Source: Chrysochromulina tobinii (Eukaryota). From it: DNA of 34,874 nt. Each line of letters begins with the position of its first letter. The stretch's first letter is position 1. The position numbers were made by a program, and so were the translations under genes. The DNA is taken from the NCBI GenBank assembly GCA_001275005.1, contig JWZX01001868.1:1-34874 (forward strand). Reading direction: 5' to 3'. The notes under the pieces are model-generated. The model did no database searches, was not told where the DNA came from, and saw only the letters and a program-made list of their open reading frames with translations. Positions 18,311 to 26,179 of the stretch are shown here, piece by piece.

Positions 18311-19888
18311 TCAGCCGCCCGCCTTCGCCGCCCTGGCGACTTCGCGTTGTACAAAGTCGGTCACGCACCGCGCCGCCTCGAGCTGCTCGTTCTCAGCGCG
18401 GCTCGCGCTTTCGCGCAGCGTGCGCGCCACGTCCGCGACTCCCAGGCGCGCGGCCACCTCCCAATCGAAGCCGTCCAAGTACGCAGCGACTGAAGGCGCA
18501 TTCGGTGTCACGTGCGTCCCGTCGAGGCGCTTGAAGTCGAGACGGCCGCCGAGCCCCGTCGCCTTGTCAGTGAAGCGCGCCTACAGATGCAGCCGGGATC
18601 AGGGGGAGTGAGGGAGGGCAGCGTGCAATGAGGGAGGCCACTCAGCATTCGTCGCCTTGCCCACGGAAGCGCACCTGCAACCGTTTCGCGAGGGCGCTCG
18701 ACTGATCGATCTCGTCATTGACGAAGCGCACGAGGAGATTGCGCCCGACGGCGTAGCTCGATGAGACGAGATGATCCATTTCCGCAGGGCCAGGCGTGAA
18801 CTCGGGGACGCTGGTGGCCGTGCTCGCGCCCGCGCCCGCGCCCGCACCAGTGTCGGCACCGCCGCCGCCGCCAGGGCCACCGACGCCCCCGCCGGCCGCA
18901 CCCGCGGCGGCGCCTGCCGAGCGCCGTGCACGCACGCTCGCGTCAGCGGCGCCTCGGCTAAAGGCATCGAGCTGCGACGCTGTCGTGTCGAGAGCCCGGC
19001 GCACAGCCTCCACGGTCGAGGTGGACGCCGCCCGAGAGCGCTGTGCCGAGCGCTCCTCGAGCGACTCGCTCAGCCCTTGCAGTGTGCTCGCCACTCCCCT
19101 GCCAAGCATCGCTCCAAGCTCACCTGTGGGCAAAATGGCGCCGTGGTGAGCACATGCATGCAAGGCAATAGCGCTCCAAGCTCACCCGCGCTCCCTAGTG
19201 CACTGCCCGCCCCTTGAGCGACCGTCGTGCCGAGCACGTCTGCCAGCCGCCCGCCCTGCGCGGCGTCACTCAGGCGCACGGCCTGCTCGAGCAGCGGGAT
19301 CGACTCCGCCGCGGCGAAGTTGTTGTACGCGATCAAGACGTTCGCCGCCCGCGGGCCGAGCACCTCGATCATCTTGGCGTCCGACCCCAGTAGCACAAGC
19401 AACTTGGCTCCGAGCGAGTGGCCGAGCCCGACCGTTGGGAGCGTGTCTGTGGACGGATCGCCGCGCACAAAGAGCGCCGCGTCGAGCTCGCGCTTCGCGG
19501 CGCACCATCGAAGCAGCACCTCACTCGCAGCCCCCCAGTGGTCGAGGCCGGTCAGGCCCTGCACGGGCGTGGCCACGATGCCCAGGCCCGTGCCGACGGC
19601 GACGGCCTCGAGGAAGGGACTGTAGGCTTGGCGTGGCGCGGCGCCCACGAGTGCGCCACCCACAAAGTGCACCAAGCCGGTGCAGGGCGTGCCTTCCTCA
19701 GGCAGCAGCACGTCGCACTCACCGATCCGCTGCCAGCGGTTGACCGCACGCGGACGACCGTTGTCAGCGCCCGAGGCCTGCCCACCACGGCCCCAATCAT
19801 CCGATGCGTACGCGCCCGAAGCGGTGCATTGCGGTGGCCGCGCACGCACGATGGCGGCGAACGTGGCGACGGCCGCTAAGAAACCCAT
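18311..19888 (-). CDS. DUF1350-family alpha/beta-hydrolase, probably plastid-targeted; 3 exons
   Basis: Exons 19888-19186, 19123-18675, 18580-18311, phase consistent. VHFVGGALVGAAP, GHSLGAKL nucleophile elbow, NLLVRFVNDEIDQS, LDGTHVTP. Signal-plus-transit-like N-terminus. Confidence 0.85.
19124..19185 (-). mobile_element. 62-nt intron = 14-nt exon-head duplication + linker + cassette
   Basis: G|GTGAGCTTGGAGCG ctattgcctt gcatgcatgtgctcaccacggcgccattttgcccacag|GTGAGCTTGGAGCG. Confidence 0.75.
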
Positions 19889-19942
19889 GTTCCTGTTCAA
19901 CACAACGCCGAGGACTCAGAGGCGCTCCCTCCGGAGGATGGT

Positions 19943-19996
19943 AAAAAGACACCGGGGGAGCCGGGACACACACGGGACACACGGACCCTACCGGTA
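19943..19996 (+). repeat. Left copy of a ~54-bp inverted repeat pair
   Basis: AAAAAGACACCGGGGGAGCCGGGACACACACGGGACACACGGACCCTACCGGTA matches the reverse complement of 22723-22776 with few differences. Confidence 0.9.
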
Positions 19997-20603
19997 GCAC
20001 AGGAAGCCACAATCACTATGGACGGAGGAGTGGCCTACACAGCCCGTGGTAACACTTCCGTATTAACACAGGCCGTTACATGTGTAGTCGGCAGCGTGGG
20101 GGAAGAGGAGGCGCCGGGCAGCGCCGGGCCCCCTTTCCTGCTACGCGTCGCACCGGCGGCGTTTTTGTGGAAATGAGAAAGCGAGCTTGCCTGCACATGG
20201 TGGGAGCTCGCTTGCCTTCTCGGGATCTGCAGCGGGACGATCCACCGTTGGTGAGATGCCAGATGGGTACGTATAACGTGAGTTCGTGGTACGACTCAGA
20301 CGCGCTGAGCATTGCCGCTGAGGGCGCGCGAAGAAACTATGACGAAACATGTTTCGTCCCAGTCAACACGAGTTCGCGTAGGGCCCGGTTCAAAAACTTT
20401 ACCGAAAAACACCTTAGGCAGCCGGGAGACGGGACACAGTGACACGAGTCACGACACACGTGGTCACCGGACAGGACAGTGACAGACACACAATTAAACA
20501 CAAAGAAGGAGAATTTCACAACCATGCAAACCGACTAAAACCGACTTCACCCCCGGTACTTCCGGTTCGGGTGTCCGCGCGGTCCCGAGCTGTTCCCAAG
20601 TTC

Positions 20604-22358
20604 TCACATGGATACGGCACAACCGGATCTCGTCACTACGCCAAGCGCCATGCTGGTCATTGCCGCCCACTCGTTCGTCGCCGGATCGTACCGCTCAACG
20701 GAGCTGAGCCGGTTTTGGCCGTCATGGCCGCCCATCACATACAGCTTGCCGTCGATTGCCGCCGCCGGACTGGTCCGTGCCGTGGGCATCGGTGCGACTG
20801 CCTCCCAGGCATTCGTCGCCGGATCGAACCGCTCGACGGAGCTGAGGTAACCATTAGGACCATAGCCACCCATCACATACAGCTTGCCATCGATTGCCGC
20901 CGCCGCCGAAGCGGCTCGTGCCGTGGACATCGGTGCGACTGCCTCCCAGGCATTCGTCGCCGGATCGAACCGCTCAACGGAGCTGAGCCGGTTTTCGAGC
21001 CGGTTTTGGCCGTCCAGGCCCCCCATCACATACAGCTTGCCATCGATTGCCGCCGCCGCCGGCATGACTCGTGCTGTGGACATCGGTGCGACTGCCTCCC
21101 AGGCATTCGTCGCCCGATCATACCGCTCGACGGAGCTGAGCTGGTTTTGGCCGTCATGGCCGCCCATCACATACAGCTTGCCGTCGATTGCCGCCGCCAC
21201 CGGACCGGTCCGTACTGTGGACACCGGTGCGACTGCCTCCCAGGCATTCTTCGCCGGATCGAACCGCTCGACGGAGCTGAGCCTAACTCCATTAGGACCA
21301 TAGCCACCCATCACATACAGCTTGCCGTCGATTGCCGCTGCCGCCGGACAGCTTCGTAACGTGGACGCCGACGCCAGTGCCTCCCAGGCGTTCGCCATGG
21401 AATCGTACCTGCAAAGGTAAAGGGTGGCCAACGCATCGCTCGCAAGCCCGCCCACAATGTAGAGCTTCTCAAAGCCCATACGACGACGCGCCGAGTCGCC
21501 GTGCAGTGCGCCAAAAAAGGTCCGGCTCAGCATCTGCATGCCAGCAACGGTCAAGAGGAGCGGCTCGTTGTGCACCGTCTCTTGGACAAACTCGCGCCTC
21601 AGCAGCGGGAAGCGCACCAGCCGAAGCAGTGCCAGCGCGTCGTCCTCGGCGGGTGGAGGCGCCTGGGCGTGCAGCCACGTGACCGCTGCCGAGTACACAG
21701 CCTCTTCACCAGCCACCTTGAGCCGGTCGGAGGCGAGCAGCGCACGCACGGTCTCTGCCGGCGTGCTCAGCCACGCGGGCGTCGCTGCGATCTGCTCAAA
21801 GTGGCGAGTCGCTGCCGACACCGCGTGAGCCGCGAGCTGGCTCAGACCCTGCCGGTCGGCGACGGCCCAGTAGGCGAGGGCTGTGGTCGCGCTCAGGTGT
21901 ACACTCATTGCCTTGGCCGCGGCGTCCACAAGGTGTGGAATCTGCAGATAGGCCGCCGCCTCAAGCACGACCATCAGCTCTGCCGCATCGGCGACTGTGC
22001 AGCTCCCCGTGTAGATGAACTCGAGGCATGCGGCGAGCCCTTGCTTCGGGACCACGGGCAGCGACAGCGGCCGGCCGGCTGTGTCCGCCCACCGCTCACC
22101 GGCTAGCAGGCGCTCAAAGTACTCCGAACCCGAGGTGATGCACAGGGCGTGAGCGTGGAAGGCGGTGCCGTCCGCCGCCACCACCTCGACGTCGGTGAGG
22201 CGGCCATCGCGAAATTTGGCGATGGTGCTAGGCTTCTCGGCGAGGCCGCCCACGAGCTCGATCGATGCGGCGGAGGGTGCGTCGGCGGAAGCGCGGGCGC
22301 GCTTTCGGGGCGGCATAAAAAGGAGACCTGGTGACGAGCAAACATCTCGTCTTCCCAC
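20604..22358 (-). CDS. BTB-BACK-Kelch protein (KLHL-like Cullin3 adaptor); alternative start MPPRKRAR at 22316
   Basis: BTB (LTDVEV...FHAH...SEYF...LEFIYTG), BACK (EEAVYSAAVTWL...LLRLVRFPLL), six Kelch repeats (KLYVMGG...SSVERYDPATNAW). Intronless. Confidence 0.95.
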   Translation of the reverse strand: MGRRDVCSSPGLLFMPPRKRARASADAPSAASIELVGGLAEKPSTIAKFRDGRLTDVEVVAADGTAFHAHALCITSGSEYFERLLAGERWADTAGRPLSLPVVPKQGLAACLEFIYTGSCTVADAAELMVVLEAAAYLQIPHLVDAAAKAMSVHLSATTALAYWAVADRQGLSQLAAHAVSAATRHFEQIAATPAWLSTPAETVRALLASDRLKVAGEEAVYSAAVTWLHAQAPPPAEDDALALLRLVRFPLLRREFVQETVHNEPLLLTVAGMQMLSRTFFGALHGDSARRRMGFEKLYIVGGLASDALATLYLCRYDSMANAWEALASASTLRSCPAAAAIDGKLYVMGGYGPNGVRLSSVERFDPAKNAWEAVAPVSTVRTGPVAAAIDGKLYVMGGHDGQNQLSSVERYDRATNAWEAVAPMSTARVMPAAAAIDGKLYVMGGLDGQNRLENRLSSVERFDPATNAWEAVAPMSTARAASAAAAIDGKLYVMGGYGPNGYLSSVERFDPATNAWEAVAPMPTARTSPAAAIDGKLYVMGGHDGQNRLSSVERYDPATNEWAAMTSMALGVVTRSGCAVSM

Positions 22359-22680
22359 AGCCCCGCGGAAGCAGAAGTGCTGAAACCGAACTTACGCGTC
22401 AAGTAACGCGTCAAGACGAACAAGTCGTCAGTCTCGTCACTTCTCTTAATTCTCTTAACACTTCTCGACTTCTCGTCACCTCCTCACAAGTGAGTTACCT
22501 CACATTCTTCTAATAACACCCGGATCTCATCAATCTTCTGTGAACGCGGGCACTGGATGTGGGCATGTCGCGTGTCGGCTGGCAGCGCCGGCGGCGGCGG
22601 CCCATGTCAGATCGGTGTGCGACATGTACATGTAGAACAAGTGAACAACCGACAAGTTTTATCAAAACGACAACACAACA

Positions 22681-22730
22681 GTACATGTACCGGTACAGTA
22701 CATGTACCGGTACCGGTACATGTACCGGTA
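22681..22730. repeat. Nested GTAC palindromes, including a perfect 28-bp palindrome
   Basis: GTACATGTACCGGTACCGGTACATGTAC at 22698-22725 equals its own reverse complement. Confidence 0.95.
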
Positions 22731-22776
22731 AGCCCGTGTGTCCCGTGTGTGTCCCGGCTCCCCCAGGAGTCTTTTT
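22723..22776 (-). repeat. Right copy of a ~54-bp inverted repeat pair
   Basis: Near reverse complement of 19943-19996. Confidence 0.9.
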
Positions 22777-22785
22777 TGGCGTTTA

Positions 22786-22828
22786 CTTGACTTGACTTGA
22801 CTTTGGCGTTTGACTGACTTGACTTGAC
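22786..22828 (+). promoter_or_regulatory. (GACTT)n pentamer array upstream of LRRC45; candidate promoter or 5'UTR motif
   Basis: acttgacttgacttgac...tgacttgacttgac ends ~75 nt before ATG 22903. Similar arrays lie at 26122-26147 and 33189-33208. Function is inferred only. Confidence 0.35.
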
Positions 22829-22902
22829 CACCCGCTCGCCTCACGAGCGCATTCCTACCCGTCGCGAGCGTGTGCTAATCCGTGTGCTGCTGCTCCCCTG
22901 TT

Positions 22903-25900
22903 ATGACGGCTGAACCCTCGCCCGATGCATTCGTATTGCCACCCGTGCCCTCTCCAACGCTCTCCTTCTCGGACCGCTGCCTTGGCGACCACGGCGTGCG
23001 CGCTCTGGTTGCCGCACTCTCGGTCCGCCGAGACGTCACCTCGATCGACCTGCGCGGCTGCCATGTGCATGCGGCCGGTGCGCTTGCGCTCGCCGAACTG
23101 CTGCTTGGCCCTGGAGGCAGCCGCATCGGCTCGCTCTCGCTCGAGTGGAACGCGCTCGGCACCTCGGATGCGGGCCCGCGGGCGATCGCCCGTGCTCTCG
23201 CGGCCAACTGTGCCCTCACCGCCCTCGATCTGCGCAACAATCGTATGGGCTCATCGGGGGTCGCATCCCTCGCGGAGGCTCTCGCGTACAACAGCACGCT
23301 CATCACCTTCGACTTGCGCTGGAATTCGGCCGGCGTGAGCGGCGGCTTGGCGCTCGAGTCGGCGCTCGCGCAGAACAGGACGCTGCTGCGGTTGCTGCTG
23401 CAGGGCAACCGCGTGCCCGACGACCTGCTCAAGCGCATCGAGCGGCTGCTCGGACGCAACGGCGCCGCCTCGAGCCTTGTCGCCGGCGCCTCAGCGCCCT
23501 ACTCCGAGGACTCCTCGGACAGGTGGCCTGCGATCATATCCTCCCACGCCCTGCCGGGGGAGAGGCTTCTCGTCGCACCGGCGGCGAGGGTGGGCGCGCT
23601 GTCCGACCGCGCGTGCTCCGCCATTGCGAGCACGGCCGACGTGGCCGTGGACGCCTCTCAGTCGTCGCTGTCGCCGCCGCACGGGCTGCTCCGTGCCGCG
23701 TCAGTGCCACCTGTGCCGCCGTCCACAAGCACGCAAGTGCACCTCCACTTGCATGCAGAGGCCAAGGAGAACGAGGCTGGCCAGCTCATCGCTCTACCAC
23801 CGGTATCGGCCGCTGCCGGTCTCGCACTCTTGCCCCCCGCCGGCGGCACAGCAGCGGCCGCGGAGGGTGCCTCAGCGGCGTCACGCTCGCTCAGTGCGTC
23901 GCTGGCGACGGCCGGCGGTTACGTGGCCGACTCGAGGTCCTCGCTGCCACCCGGCGGCTACGTGGCAGACCCGAGGTCCTCGCTGCCGCCTCCGCCAGGC
24001 TACTCCGCCGACGACCCGTGTGCTTCGGTGCCGTATGCGGCGGAGCCGAGTGCCTGCCTGCCGCCCGGCTACGCCGCCTACTCGATGCCCTACGCGGCGG
24101 ATGCGAGCACGTCCCTGCCGCCCGGCTACGCGCCGCCGTCCTCGCAGATGGGCTCGGTACCGGCGTCGATGCCCACGTCGTGGATGGCGTCGCCAGCCCC
24201 CACGCCGCTGCGCGCAGCGGTGCGCACGCGCACGCTCGAGAACGCCCTGGTGCTGCAGCACGCCGAATTCAGTAACAAGCTGAAGCACGCCTTCGAGCGC
24301 GCGGACGCTGCCGAGGAGATCTTGACCTCGGAGCGATCTCGCGCCGACCAGCAGCGTGAGAAGGCCCTTGTGGCGGCGACTGAGGAGGCGGAGGCACGTA
24401 AGAAGCTCGCGCTGCTGCAGCGCGAGCTCACGGAGGCGCGTAAGAAGGCGGACGAGGAGGTGGCGCGCGTACTCAAGGAGGGGTCGACCCGGGAGCAGCG
24501 CACTGCTCTCGCCGAGGCCGCGCGTGATCACCTCGAGCGCGAGCTGCAGGCGCGAGATGCGCGCCTCGAGTGCACATGATCGCATCTGATGGCCCCTGAT
24601 AGCCTCTGAGTGCCTCGATTGGCCTTTGCATGCAGGCGCGAGATGCGCGCCTCGAGATGGAGCTCAAGGCGATCGCCGATCGCGAGCAGCGGGCGGCGAT
24701 GGCTGAAGCACGCGCGGCCGAGTCCGCGTCGCAGCTGAGCGCGCTCAACGAGCGGCTACTCAACGAGCGGCGCGCGCACGCCACCACGCTCACGGAGCTT
24801 CAGGACCGTCTGAGCGACGCGAACCCGACTGCACCACGGCTCGGCATGCACGTGCTCACCACGGCGCCCTCCTCTCCCCACAGGACCGTCTGAGTGACGC
24901 GGAGGCGGTACGCACCTCCGCGGAGCTCCGCCTCGCCTCCGCCGAGGCGGCGCGTGCTGCGGCGGTCACGGAGGCTCTCTCGAGGCAGTCGCGCCGTCAT
25001 GAGCAGGCGCTCGAGCAGGTGCGCGTGCATGCATGCTGATGGTCCCCTCTCCCCGGTTGCATGCATGCTCCCCACCCTTCCCTCCGCGCAGGTGCGCGTG
25101 TCCGTCGAGCGCGTGCCTGCATGCTGATTGCCCTCCCCATTTGCAGGCTGACTACCCCCGCCCTCCCGAGCAGGTGAAAGAGTCCGTCGAGCGCGCCGAG
25201 GCCGACGCGGCGCGCGCGGCCGAGCAGATCTCCAAGCACCGAGATGAGCTCGAGACGGCGCGAGCCCTCGCGGAGACGAAACAACGGTCGCTCGAGAGCC
25301 AAGCTGTGGAGCGCGAGGCGGCGCTGGAGAAGAGCTACGAGGCGCGCCTCGAGGCGGTGGAGAAGGAGAAGGCGTCGCTGCGCGAGTCGCACCACGCGAC
25401 GCTCAGCCAGATGCGCGAGGCCGAGGAGGTACGCCGGCAACAGCACGACGTGAAGCTCGATACGGCGCGCAAGGCGCATGCAACGCTGGAGCGGCGCTGC
25501 TACGAGCGCGAGGCGCATGCGGAGAGTCTGGAGCGGGAGCTCGCACGCGTGCAGTCCGAGTTGGCGGAGGCGGGGCACGCGGAAGGCGCCCTCAAGGAAG
25601 CCCTCGAACGACAGCGCGAGGCGGCCGCGGAGCAGAGCGCCGCCGCGGCCGCGGAGCTCGCGACGACGCGTCGCCACTGGGAGGAGCGACTGGCGACGGC
25701 CACCGCGGACAACCGCGCGCTCGCGCGCCAGCTGCTCGACACACAGCGCGAGCTCGCCCTCGCCAATGGCCGTTGGGAGGCGTCGGTGCAGACGCTGCAG
25801 CACTCCGTGCTCCAGTGCTTCCAGCATTCAATCGAGTCGACGCGCGGGGGAGGGTCGCCACCACTGATGGCTGGAGAGCTGGGCGACGAGGACGAGGAGG

Positions 25901-25905
25901 AGTGA
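22903..25905 (+). CDS. LRRC45: LRRC45-like leucine-rich-repeat and coiled-coil centriolar protein; 4 exons
   Basis: Exons 22903-24549, 24636-24803, 24884-25018, 25174-25905, all phase 0. RNI-like LRRs SLSLEWNALGT...LDLRNN...FDLRWN...GG...NRTLLRLLLQGNRVP match the LRRC45 pattern; long C-terminal coiled coil. Confidence 0.8.
24844..24883 (+). mobile_element. Intron 3'-end cassette copy (introner-like) in a predicted GA-AG intron
   Basis: gcatgcacgtgctcaccacggcgccctcctctccccacag on the plus strand, again sense to the host gene. Confidence 0.75.
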
Positions 25906-26179
25906 GGTTCTTGTAGCTCTCAGTGGGTGTGGACACGTGGACCCACCGCGTCTTTCAGCGCTCTCGTGATGTGACGGTGGCCGTGTGGTGCGCGTTGCGT
26001 CGCTGCGTTCGTTCAAGGGCGTAGGGCCCACATGCTAGGAAGTTGTTGGGGAGTGACCTGGAGTCCCTGTGTGGCCATGTGGGCACCGTGCACGGGTCGT
26101 GCAGCAAGTAGTTGACAAAAGGACTTGACTTGACTTGTCTTGACTTGTTAGAAGTTCAACAGACTCGAGACTTTTCACG

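Noticed and set aside
19943..22776. Autonomous DNA transposon
   Set aside because: No transposase ORF and no identifiable target-site duplication. Kept only as an inverted-repeat observation.
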